From Podarcis pityusensis (Eukaryota): DNA of 64,000 nucleotides. The notes beneath the pieces were generated by a model that had not been told where the DNA came from, made no database searches, and saw only the letters and a program-made list of their open reading frames with translations. Positions 50,085-60,472 of this stretch are shown piece by piece. The stretch lies in the NCBI GenBank assembly GCA_964106645.2, contig OZ067048.1; one strand, written 5' to 3'. Numbering within the stretch: the stretch's first letter is position 1; each line of letters opens with the position of its first letter. Both the position numbers and the translations under genes were made by a program.

Positions 50085-50442
50085 CAGGAGTGGGGAAGCT
50101 TTTCAGTCTGGGAGCTGCATTCTTTTGCGACAACTTCTAGGGTGTGCATGGCAGTGATGGGTGGGGCTGGAAGCAAAACTTGGAGCAAGGGATGTCACTC
50201 TTACAATAGGCTACATTCGAGCCATGCAAAAGTCAGATCTTTCCTCCTGCACACCCAACCCATCTCTCCAACCTTTATTCAGGCAAGCAATAACTATTAT
50301 CACAGTTCAGATGCATTCTAGCCAAGCGAAAGCACTCAAGGAAGGCATGAAGTAGGGCTGGTGAGGAGTGTGGCTGAGGAGAGGCCTGGGGACTGGATAG
50401 AGTCCTGGAAGGCCACATTTTGCCTGAGGTTCCCTACGTCTG
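50085..50442. mobile_element. Non-autonomous hAT element
   Basis: TIRs CAGGAGTGGGGAAGCT / AGGTTCCCTACGTCTG; TSD CTTTATCT/TTTTATCT. Confidence 0.75.
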
Positions 50443-50685
50443 TTTTATCTGATCATTCCCTGTATTCACATTCTTGAGGATTTGTTATAGATTGAACTCA
50501 AAACTTGGGTGAATTCTGCATAATGCAGATGCATCTAGTAAAACCTAGTGCCATAATGTTTGTTTTATATAACACTAAGAATTTTGACCTAAGGGACTCA
50601 GAAGAATTGCTTATAGATTCTACTTTCAAAGGATGTGGGGAAATATTACTAACTTCAATCATTCGTTTTGTTTTCTTAATAATAG

Positions 50686-50860
50686 TAAAATTCAGAAATA
50701 CTCTCCCTCTGAATCGGCAAAAGTATACGATAAAACAATAAACAGGAAGGCAGGAATTCATTTCCATCCAAAACAGACGCTAGACTTCCTTCGAAGTGAT
50801 ATGGCTCATTCCAAGCTCACAGATGAAGTGAAGAGGAATATAGTCAAACAGTACTTAGAT
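50686..50860 (+). CDS. NIPBL: NIPBL exon 45 (KIQKYSPSESAK...VKQYLD)
   Basis: tag|TAAA, GAT|gtaagt; 175 nt. Confidence 0.96.
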
Positions 50861-51771
50861 GTAAGTATTGAGAGCCTGCAGAATTTTACTGCCTATCAAC
50901 TTCCTTATAAAAATGCTTGAACTCTGTTCTGAAATTTTAAGTTTTTGTTATTTAGAAGGTGAAATATGAAGAGCAGTGGTTACAGGCTGAAATTGTTTTT
51001 TTCTTCAGAGGTGAGGAATGGAGTATGCCGACTTCTTCCACTGCAAGTTCCCTTCTTCAGTTCGCTTGCTGAAGAAATGTGTATCTAATGCACAGAACTA
51101 GGCAAATTAGAGGCTGTTGGATGAGCTGCAGGTTGCATCATTTTTCCATTGACAATGCAATGTCATTGGGTTGGGCTGTCACAGTGAGCTTGAGATGGTC
51201 CATGCAAAAATTAAAGTGTAGGCTCAAGCTACATGTGACATCGCAGAATTTGCCACTGAGCACAAGCTTTTGCTTTCACACATTACCAACATACCCTAGT
51301 GTGCTGTTGTCCCGATCTGGGTTGGGGGGGCCCCATGCCTTCAATCTGCATTATGGGCTGCAGGGGAGTCTCTGTTCGTTCTACTGGGAGCTTTCTACCT
51401 AATGCAAATTTCATGCATGGGCCTGGCCCAGAAATGGACCACAGAGCAGGCAAAGAGTCAAAAGACTCCCTCTTGGGTTTGAGTTGGTGTGGTGCTAGCA
51501 AAATTTCCCCACAATTGCCAAAAGTTAACATTGAGGCTCTAATATGTAAGAGATCTAAAACCCTGCCCCCTTAAGGCCTATTAAGGAAGAGAACAATCCT
51601 TGCTTTCTCCAAGAAAAGATGTGTCACATGCTACTAAATTGATAGTGTACTCCGCAAATTGTCTTAATGTTACTCCCATAAGGCTTGCGCACCATCTTCC
51701 TTGTTTTCTTTTCTGTTTTCATAACTCATTTTAAGATGGCGCCTAATCTTCTTTCCAATATCCTTTCTTAG

Positions 51772-52002
51772 TTCAAACTTCTCATGGAACACTTGGATCC
51801 TGATGAAGAAGAGGAAGATGGAGAAGTGTCAGCTAGCACAAATGCTCGCAACAAAGCTATTACCTCGCTGCTCGGAGGAGGCAGCCCTAAAAACAATGCA
51901 GCTGAGACAGAGGATGATGAGAGTGATGGGGAGGATAGAGGAGGAGGCACTTCAGGGGTGAGGCGGAGGAGGAGTCAACGTATTTCGCAGCGTATTACGT
52001 AA
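51772..52002 (+). CDS. NIPBL: NIPBL exon 46; isoform A splices after 51957 (GGG|gtgagg), isoform B reads through to TAA at 52000-52002
   Basis: tag|TTC acceptor; FKLLMEHLDPDEEEEDGE...GGGTSG then VRRRRSQRISQRIT*, the known isoform B C-terminus. Confidence 0.97.
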   Translation, partial: FKLLMEHLDPDEEEEDGEVSASTNARNKAITSLLGGGSPKNNAAETEDDESDGEDRGGGTSGVRRRRSQRISQRIT

Positions 52003-52425
52003 AATGATTTTATGTGCTTATAAATGTCAGTCTATAATAAAATGTACACTGAGTAATGTAATCAATATGGAAAAAAAACCATTTTGTAGATAGAAATTCT
52101 TAACCATTTATACACCTTTTTGTAGAAAGTTCTAACAAAAACAATAAAAAACATAGAAGAGATTTTATCTAGCATAAAGTTTAATTTTCCTTTGGAATGT
52201 ACTGTGTGTATCCTTTTTATTGTTGCCAAGTTTTTATGTAGCTTTATGATTCATTTGTACATATAATTTTATATATCAATAAGAGTTAAAAGACACGGGT
52301 ACAATTTAATATGTGATTTTGCAAGGATGTTAACCCCTTGGCGCTGGCGGTCGCGGTGCGTCTCATTGCCGGCAATGGAATGTGTGCCGGGAAATCCCAA
52401 CTCCCGGCGTCAAGGGATTAAAAGC

Positions 52426-52431
52426 AATAAA
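52426..52431 (+). promoter_or_regulatory. Candidate poly(A) signal for NIPBL isoform B (also ATTAAA 52417-52422, AATAAA 52036-52041 and 52143-52148)
   Basis: Hexamers downstream of the isoform B stop codon; which one is used cannot be told from sequence. Confidence 0.5.
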
Positions 52432-52439
52432 AGCAATAA

Positions 52440-52817
52440 NNNNNNNNNNNNNNNNNNNNNNNNNNNNNNNNNNNNNNNNNNNNNNNNNNNNNNNNNNNNN
52501 NNNNNNNNNNNNNNNNNNNNNNNNNNNNNNNNNNNNNNNNNNNNNNNNNNNNNNNNNNNNNNNNNNNNNNNNNNNNNNNNNNNNNNNNNNNNNNNNNNNN
52601 NNNNNNNNNNNNNNNNNNNNNNNNNNNNNNNNNNNNNNNNNNNNNNNNNNNNNNNNNNNNNNNNNNNNNNNNNNNNNNNNNNNNNNNNNNNNNNNNNNNN
52701 NNNNNNNNNNNNNNNNNNNNNNNNNNNNNNNNNNNNNNNNNNNNNNNNNNNNNNNNNNNNNNNNNNNNNNNNNNNNNNNNNNNNNNNNNNNNNNNNNNNN
52801 NNNNNNNNNNNNNNNNN
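52440..52817. other. N-gap 1 (378 nt); further gaps at 53127-53406 and 53659-53798
   Basis: Runs of N. Confidence 0.99.
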
Positions 52818-52862
52818 ACTTTACGATCGTTGTATGCCGCCAAGGATGGAACTTCCAGCTAA
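52818..52862 (+). CDS. NIPBL: NIPBL exon 47 (isoform A terminal exon), visible 3' end only
   Basis: Immediately after the N-gap: ACT TTA CGA TCG TTG TAT GCC GCC AAG GAT GGA ACT TCC AGC TAA = TLRSLYAAKDGTSS*, the known isoform A C-terminus. Confidence 0.95.
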   Translation, partial: TLRSLYAAKDGTSS

Positions 52863-55800
52863 TGCATTTGTACATGCAGCCAAATTTTACAGGAAATGAA
52901 ATAACAGAAAAAAAAACTTGAAATATCAACTTTCTGGCAAAAAAAAAATCATTTTAATGAAGAGTAAGAATGACACCTGGGATGCAGGAAACAGAAGGAA
53001 ATGTTTGGTAAACATTTTTGTGGGAGCTTCCTTCGCTGTTGTGCAGCAGAAACTTCTCAGTTCATTTTTACTCCCACTGTATAATAGTTTAACAAAAATT
53101 GTTTATATCTTGGAAAAAAACCTTTCNNNNNNNNNNNNNNNNNNNNNNNNNNNNNNNNNNNNNNNNNNNNNNNNNNNNNNNNNNNNNNNNNNNNNNNNNN
53201 NNNNNNNNNNNNNNNNNNNNNNNNNNNNNNNNNNNNNNNNNNNNNNNNNNNNNNNNNNNNNNNNNNNNNNNNNNNNNNNNNNNNNNNNNNNNNNNNNNNN
53301 NNNNNNNNNNNNNNNNNNNNNNNNNNNNNNNNNNNNNNNNNNNNNNNNNNNNNNNNNNNNNNNNNNNNNNNNNNNNNNNNNNNNNNNNNNNNNNNNNNNN
53401 NNNNNNAAGGGATCCCCAGCAAATCTGGTGGAACGAATACTGCAATAAATTTTTTTACTTCTCTTTGTTACTTGTCTGTTTCCATTTGAATTTCTTATTG
53501 TAAAGATCTGTTTAAATCCATTTATATTATTTTGCAGTCTTTTATGTAAAATTTACTATATCAGTGGTTTTCAAAGCAAGACATAAATATTGTTTATACA
53601 GTTTGTATAGGCTGACTTCTGAATAATTGGTATCTTTTATTTTTATCCCTTAAAAGGGNNNNNNNNNNNNNNNNNNNNNNNNNNNNNNNNNNNNNNNNNN
53701 NNNNNNNNNNNNNNNNNNNNNNNNNNNNNNNNNNNNNNNNNNNNNNNNNNNNNNNNNNNNNNNNNNNNNNNNNNNNNNNNNNNNNNNNNNNNNNNNNNTT
53801 CATTTTCTTTCTAATGCTGTCTATATAGCAATGTTCAAAATTTGAGTGGGGGTGGGAACAGCCATCACTCTCGCCTGAGAAACTAGCAATGGATATATTT
53901 CACTTGGTTAGGACATCAGGAGATCAGACTGTTCTTGATCAGGAACAATGTATGTGACCCAAGAACACCACCTGTGCATTAGGATCCTATTGTTGGATTT
54001 TTTTTATGTGAACCAGAAAATCCTAGCTGCACTAGTGGTATTTTCACTTAACTGAATTACAGTCATAGGGTGCAAATATCAGAGGAGTAAATACGGATTT
54101 GTAACTGATTAATTGTGCTAATATGCTCATAAGTTATTCTCTAAATGTTAGGGGTCAGAACACTTGGTTGTACTGTAGTTACTTGAAATTTCTTTTCACC
54201 TTTTACACAGCAGAAATACTACTTAAAACTCTGGAGTGGTTGCTTAAGTATCTCTCATCACCAGGTTTAAAAGCAGCTTGACTTTCTGGAAAGTAGTGTC
54301 TCTCTCCCCCCCCCCCCCCATATTAACATACAGAGAAGAAATTAATAGCATCCAAATAATTAGCAGAGAACTACTTTAAGGTCTTTGTTTTCAAGCTTGT
54401 ATAAAAGTGGATGTTCATCAATCAATCAATCTTAGGATGCATTTATCTTATTCTGCAAAATTGGATATATGGTGGGGTGGGATTTTTATTACATCAGTTT
54501 ACAGAACTCTAGTGTGCTACTTGATCTGTTAGGAACAGTAGAATAATATTCAAATCCTACATTTTCTTATATAGAATTCAAGAATTAAACTAACATGACT
54601 AATTCTTCATCAGAATCTATTTAATAATTTTCTATGAAATAATTTTCATTTCCTCCTGTTTGTTTTAACTGTTGTATTGCAGTTTAGTGCTAATTTAGTC
54701 TTTTAAATTGGGAAAGCAAATGTTATACTTAGCATGGTTTTATAAAGAACAAGTAAAAGAAACCCATTAAGTGACTGACAGTTAGTAAGTCAAATTTACC
54801 CTCTAGGTCTGCTTTCCCCAACCCTAGTGCCTTCTAGATGTTTTGGTTTACAGTTTTTGAGTTTTAGATGGAAGTTGCAGTGTAAAACATATAGAGGGAT
54901 CGACATTGGGGAAGGCTTCTCTCTAGGTGCTTACAAATTGGTTTTATTACTTCTTTATTACTTTATTACTTATTCCAATACCTTCCTGGGTAGAATTAAT
55001 ATCTTAGTGGTTAAACTTTGTTTCTCTGGAATACAATTTAACAGCAAAAAATGTTTGAAATTTCATGTTAATATATTCCCATTGCTAATTAAGCTTGTTT
55101 CTTGCAGCAACTGTTCCAGGATATTTTGAGTTTACACAGAACTGATTCAAAGTTGTTTATTGTGTTTCCAGCACAAGCTCCTAAGGGGAGCAGGTATTGA
55201 TAATGGTGAGTGGATTATATGTTAAGTCTTGCTCCTGGAAGGGCATCAAGAATTGTAATAAATTCAACCTACTCCTTTTACGTATACAAACAAAACTGTT
55301 GAATAAGAAAATATGGATGTTTGATATCTCTTTATACATTCTGAATCTTGTAATCTCTGACCATTGATGAGCACTTGACAAGAGAAATCAATCTTTGGAT
55401 AATTTGATAAGGACAGCAATACTATTTTCAGGAATGGTGCCTTGGAACTGGGCAGAGCAAAGGGTATTCCTCCCTTCTGAGTTAAAGTTTACTTTTTAAT
55501 TAAATGTTGGCTTATGTTTTTCTTCAAATATACCCCTTCAGCCTCCAGGTAATTTCTGCAAAGATAGCAAGTACCACTGGAGGCAAAAGCAATTCTGTAC
55601 AGGGTTATTTGCTTTGGGATGCCACCTGAGTACTCCTCACAGGTAAGAATGTGAGTCCAACAGACACTCTTAGTTTAGATGATTTATAACATGAATAGGA
55701 AAACATGTTGCCCTCCAGATATTGTCGAGACTCCAGCTCTCAACACCAGCTAGCATGGCCAGTTGGGATTGTGGGAGTTGTTGTCAAGCACACATGGCTT

Positions 55801-55959
55801 TTAACTTGTTGCCCTCTATATATTGCTGAACATTCCTATATTAATCTGGATTTTCCTTTTAAGAACGTTGTTTCAAAGATCAAGTTCCGACTCTTAGTTA
55901 TTCAGAATTCTCTCTTTGGGGACTTCCTGCCTCACAGCCTATAATCCCATTTTAAATGT

Positions 55960-56103
55960 TAAACAGGGGGCACAATGGCTCTTAACCTGAAGGCTGGTGG
56001 CCTGAGCCTACCCAAGGACAGCTGTGGGCAGGATTCCTGCATTGACCGGGGGGGGGTGGACTAGATGACCCTCCATGGTCCCTTCCATCTCTAAACTTCT
56101 AGG
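55960..56103 (+). mobile_element. SINE fragment with CR1-type 3' tail (Squam2-like)
   Basis: ggactagatgaccct...gtcccttcca...tcta tail; a reverse-orientation CR1-type tail is also seen near 61556-61620. Confidence 0.55.
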
Positions 56104-56397
56104 AGGTTGATTTGTATATACTGTAGGGTATGTAGAGATGAAATGAGATCCAAGGGAAGACAGCTTGCCCAGCTGAGGATAGATGCACTTTACAAGACTC
56201 CCCCCCCCAACCGCTACCTCTTGTGCGAAAGTTTTGTGTGTGTGTAGTATTGCAGCCTAAATTTTACTTCTACCAATTTCTGTCTCAGATGTAATTCTTG
56301 CACATCTGCCCTTCTAATGGAGTAAGATACAATCGGTGTTGTGCCTTGCGTTCACAGCACAGTGGACTGTAGGAACTAGTATTTTGTAAATGGCCAC

Positions 56398-56745
56398 GGG
56401 ACGCGGGTGGCGCTGTGGGTTAAACCACAGAGCCTAGGGCTTGCCGATCAGAAGGTTGGCGGTTCGAATCCCTGTGACGGGGTGAGCTCCCGTTGCTCAG
56501 TCCCTGCTCCTGCCAACCTAGCAGTTCGAAAGCACGTCAAAGGGCAAGTAGATAAATAGGTACCGCGCTGCGGTGGGAAGGTAAACGGCATTTCCGTGCG
56601 CTGCTCTGGTTTGCCAGAAGCTGCTTAGTCATGCTGGCCACATGACCCGGAAGCTGTACACCGGCTCCTTCGGCCAATAAAGCGAGATGAGCGCTGCAGC
56701 CCCAGAGTCGGCCATGACTGGACCGGGGTCAGGAGTCCCTTTACC
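56398..56745 (+). mobile_element. Full-length Sauria SINE (Squam1)
   Basis: GGGACGCGGGTGGCGCTGTGG head, GGTTCGAATCC B box, CCCTTTACC tail; TSD TAAATGGCCAC/TAAATGGTCAC (56387-56397, 56746-56756). Confidence 0.92.
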
Positions 56746-56960
56746 TAAATGGTCACAATAGGCCTAAAATAGAAGGTGACTATGAACTAGGTGGGCAACA
56801 TCAGTCATAGTCTTCAAAGAAACTGAACAACAAAACCTTGTTGGGTCATTCAATTGTAATGGCCTTTGGGGACATACAATAAAGCTGTGACTGTGACCGA
56901 CCTGCCAGAATCGCCTTTCTTCTGCAAAAACACCATTTGAAAGTATTAAACAGCAAAAAA

Positions 56961-56966
56961 TTTATT
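56961..56966 (-). promoter_or_regulatory. Candidate CPLANE1 poly(A) signal
   Basis: AATAAA on the - strand about 385 nt past the stop, followed by U/GU-rich sequence. Confidence 0.6.
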
Positions 56967-57349
56967 ACATTACTACAAACTACTACTTAAATAATTACAA
57001 AACATGATTCAGAATCTTAGTTACGAATTATCTTTTTAATCACTGTGCAACTGTGGCTATTTAAATCTTGCTATTTAAATACTGCTTTCAGAAACTATGA
57101 ATCTTGTCTTTGCCCAATATACCAAACATAAGTATGTTCCAGGAAGCCCAAGTATATGTGGTATTGTACTGGCCTGCATAATTCCGTGATTTTGCTTTTA
57201 TATGCTAGCTTATTGGTTAGGAAAGAAGTGTTCTTTGCTTAGAATTTTGCCATAATATTATGCCATGATGGTCAGCTATCAGATATTGTTCCAAATAATA
57301 TTGGGCCTACTTTCCTTTTAAAGGGCAGAGCATCCAAGAAATTCTGGTT

Positions 57350-57490
57350 TTATTTTTCTTCCACATTTGCTACCATAGCCTCCACTGCATTCCAGTCAAG
57401 CTTGCTGAGGATGCTGCTAGTACTTTCAGACACACTGTCCAAGTTATTAAGGCTGGCAATGGAGCAAGCATCTTCATGAGGCAAAGACTC
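57350..57490 (-). CDS. CPLANE1: CPLANE1 last coding exon (ESLPHED...[21 protein letters not shown])
   Basis: cag| acceptor; conserved [17 protein letters not shown] motif; TAA at 57352-57350. Confidence 0.93.
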   Translation of the reverse strand, partial: ESLPHEDACSIASLNNLDSVSESTSSILSKLDWNAVEAMVANVEEK

Positions 57491-58219
57491 CTGTGGAGAT
57501 ATAAAAGGTAATCAATGACAGGAGTGTGTGATAGAGCTTAGCTAGTCAGACTAAGCTCCCTAAAGTGCTTTCTTCACCAACTTTATACTGACACCACCAA
57601 CTGCCAGGATTTCATTTCCCCACACTCCTCTCCTCCCCTGCTCTGACTTACAGTCTACCAAATTCCATATTTCCTCTCAGAGGGTGGTCTAAACATTCAA
57701 GATAGCCACTCCTTCGGAGCAGCAGCCAGGTCCTGCTTTAACAGCAGGAGAAAAATTATCCTGCCTGTCCAGCATTGCTGCCCATAATGTCAGCAAAGAT
57801 AACCTTATTTGGAGTTTCTGTGAGCTCACTCTATTTCAGCTTCTCTTCCCTCTCTCCCAGAAACCCAGCAGAGACAGTAGGGTGGGTGTATCCTGTGCTG
57901 CCAGGATCCCTACCACTACCGGCTTGGACTGGCACTTTCCCCCAGTTATCATGTCTGCACTTTTAGCCGGCACTGTCTTCTGCCCATTTCATCCTCACAA
58001 CGGTTAGTAGCAGCTGGTGCCTGCCCCAGAATCGTTTCACGGATAATCAGCATTTTGAACCCAGCCTGCAACTCTGAGCTCCCCTATATACCACAGTGGG
58101 GCAATGAACGATTCTTTGTTTTACTTCTCGGATGCATTTGCATAGAAAAGGGGATTAAAATAAAGTGACTGTCCCAAATATGCAGAATGAATAATGGATA
58201 ATTATGTTTCCACCCTTGC

Positions 58220-58362
58220 CTTGAAATGGGAATTAGAACCACCATACAGTATCCTCTGGATCTCATCAGGAATGCTCCAAACACTCATGGCGTCGTCTTC
58301 ACTCTCCTCATTTGTGTGAATTGTTGTGTCAGTCTCTTGGAACTTTCTCTGCTCATCAGAAG
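58220..58362 (-). CDS. CPLANE1: CPLANE1 penultimate coding exon (SDEQRKFQE...SVWSIPDEIQRILYGGSNSHFK)
   Basis: cag| acceptor; donor AAG|gcaagg (GC) or a weak GT 6 nt further; resembles human SPWTIPSEIHKIL. Confidence 0.88.
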
Positions 58363-59585
58363 CTGCAAGAGAGCACATTCTTTATTTGCAAGTATTTCTT
58401 TCCTTCAATTATCTCTTGTTAATTGGTGTTGTGGACCTAAATTCTGCAACCCTTGCTCCCAAAGTAAGATTTGCTAGTGGTTTCCACCTGCTCTAGAATA
58501 TCTAATATGGGCTACTGAGCCCTCTTATTTGTTCTACCCAATTATAACTGTCTTAGAGTCACCCCTGCCATGGTACACTTTGGGGCCTACTGTTCTCTGC
58601 TTATAGTTCCAAGTTCACAGAAGAGAGATGCAGCAAAATGAATCTGTTACAAATGGAAGGAATAAAGATTCTGTAATCAGTGCATGCAGTATTACAACTT
58701 GACCCTCAACCGCTTACTATTTGAAGCAAGATGCGCTACAAAGCGATGCAATATAAACTTCTCAACACAGCAAACTTTACTGTAATAAAGGGACTGCAGC
58801 ACAAAGCTCTGCTCCCATAGCCTCCTCCATTATGTTGGTCTTGACAGTGATGCCCACTGGACATGCCACTAAATGGTGTAATTACCAAGTACAAATTTGG
58901 CTACTTTGTTACGTTGAAATGGTATTCATCTCAAACATCATTGTTTTCCTCAAAGGCTCAGAAGGTTCTGCACAGGCACAAAAAGTGCTTTTGAAGTTAT
59001 CTATTGTAACACCAAGTTCAAGACCCTAGTTACGGCTTGCACAGCTAGTCAAATACACCAAACATTTTCAAAGCTCCTTCAACTATTGGGCAAGCTCACT
59101 CGCATTTCCAAGTCTTGGGGAAGCTGTCCAGACCAAGTTCTGGGAAGGTCCCCAACTCCAGCAAACAGCATTGGTAAAGACTTTTCATTATCCAGCTCTT
59201 AAACCCCTAACCTATGTATTTTGGACTTTTTAAAGTTTATAATACGACAAAAAACTTTCCTCCCGGAAGTTTCAGTGTTCACTGCAGGAAAGCAGAGATG
59301 AGCACCAATGAGCATTGTGAGAACTGGTCCAATAACAAACCTTGACTTCTCAAGTCAAGCTTGTAACTTGACCACTGTTGCAGGTGTCTCTTGCTTTTCC
59401 ACCGCATCTCCCCTTGATGGGATTCTGGTCCCTTTCTTCTGTAAGGAGTTTGGCATAGTCGGCCTTGAGCAGAAATGACACAAAATACCCAATTTATGGA
59501 TCAGGAATTGGAAAGCACAACTATATAAACTCCCCAATAGTTCAGTGCAATCTGGGCACTGTGGCCATCTCATTTCCATTCTTAC

Positions 59586-59683
59586 CTTTCCTTGGAGTTA
59601 TGCCACAGGACAGACTGGAAAAGGATCTCGTCTGACTCAGACTACCTTTGGAAGCAGCCTTCCTCCTTGCAGTGTGGCAGCTT
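59586..59683 (-). CDS. CPLANE1: CPLANE1 exon (SCHTARRKAASKGSLSQTRSFSSLSCGITPRK)
   Basis: tag| acceptor, AAG|gtaaga donor; 98 nt; bridges the phases of the flanking exons; low protein conservation. Confidence 0.7.
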
Positions 59684-60307
59684 CTACAAGGGATATACCA
59701 CATTTCTATCACAGCAATACTGGTTTCAGAAACAATATAAAAAAGTGCAAGAAAATGGCTTCTCATAACATTAGCAGGGTCCATGCTGGGGCTAATCATG
59801 TAACATTACAATACTATTGTGTTTGTAATGATGACCATGTGCCACTGCAGTGTTCAAATGGTTCATTTTTCCAATGAGGAGTTGGCATAAGGCAGATTCC
59901 CAACTACTGAGAAAACCATATCAAACTATTTGGCTTTCTATGCAAGTATTATGTACAGCAAAGAACTGATTCCATCATCTTACCAATTCAACTTGAGATG
60001 ACAGGGATTGAACCTGGGATCTTTACATATAAAGTAGATCCTCTACCACTAAGTTAGGTTCCCTTTTTGCTGTTAGCACTGGAAGTAGCACAGATATCCA
60101 CAACAATCTCCACAGCCTGAAGAGCAAACTACATGTTATATTAACATGCATATTTGAGTGTGTGTGTGCACATAACTCTAGCCATCCATGCTGTGGTCCT
60201 GACCCAGAAGGTGGGGGAAGCAGCAGCTAATATTTTTGTCTATTGCTCAATCGGTCTTACTTCTGAGCTGGGAAAATTAAAGACATTGGGGAGCCTGTAT
60301 ACTTTAC

Positions 60308-60472
60308 CCTCCAGCGGAAGCAATATGTGGTCTCTTGAAATCATGAGGTGATCTTGTTTTAGCTAATGAGTCAAAGTCACTTGAAGGAAGTTGCACAGTG
60401 TCAGACAACAGCTCATGCATCAGAGTGAGGGCTTCAGAGACTCTAATGTTATGATGCTCAGAAAACAAGGCT
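60308..60472 (-). CDS. CPLANE1: CPLANE1 exon (ALFSEHHNIRVSEALTLMHELLSDTVQLP...HIASAG)
   Basis: cag| acceptor, GG|gtaaag donor; 165 nt; resembles human [28 protein letters not shown]. Confidence 0.9.

Larger units (their letters stand above)
2180..52862 (+). other. NIPBL: NIPBL gene, partial (exons 9-47 by human numbering; exons 1-8 upstream of the window)
   Basis: Manually spliced GT-AG exons give one continuous frame matching Nipped-B-like protein (PETPK repeats, PxVxL motif, HEAT-repeat region, both C-termini). Confidence 0.99.

Noticed and set aside
52327-53803. Long ORFs in the track spanning X residues
   Set aside because: Artefacts of translating through N-gaps. Only the NIPBL exon 47 frame is real, and the track misses it.
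56398-56475. tRNA-like A/B boxes (also near 37520, 45830, 32500 and 60000)
   Set aside because: SINE heads, not tRNA genes; no cloverleaf, and they run into repeat bodies.
59372-59463. Possible extra CPLANE1 exon (PTMPNSLQKKGTRIP...)
   Set aside because: Weak resemblance only, and I found no splice-site pair compatible with the phase-1 flanking exons. It needs RNA data.
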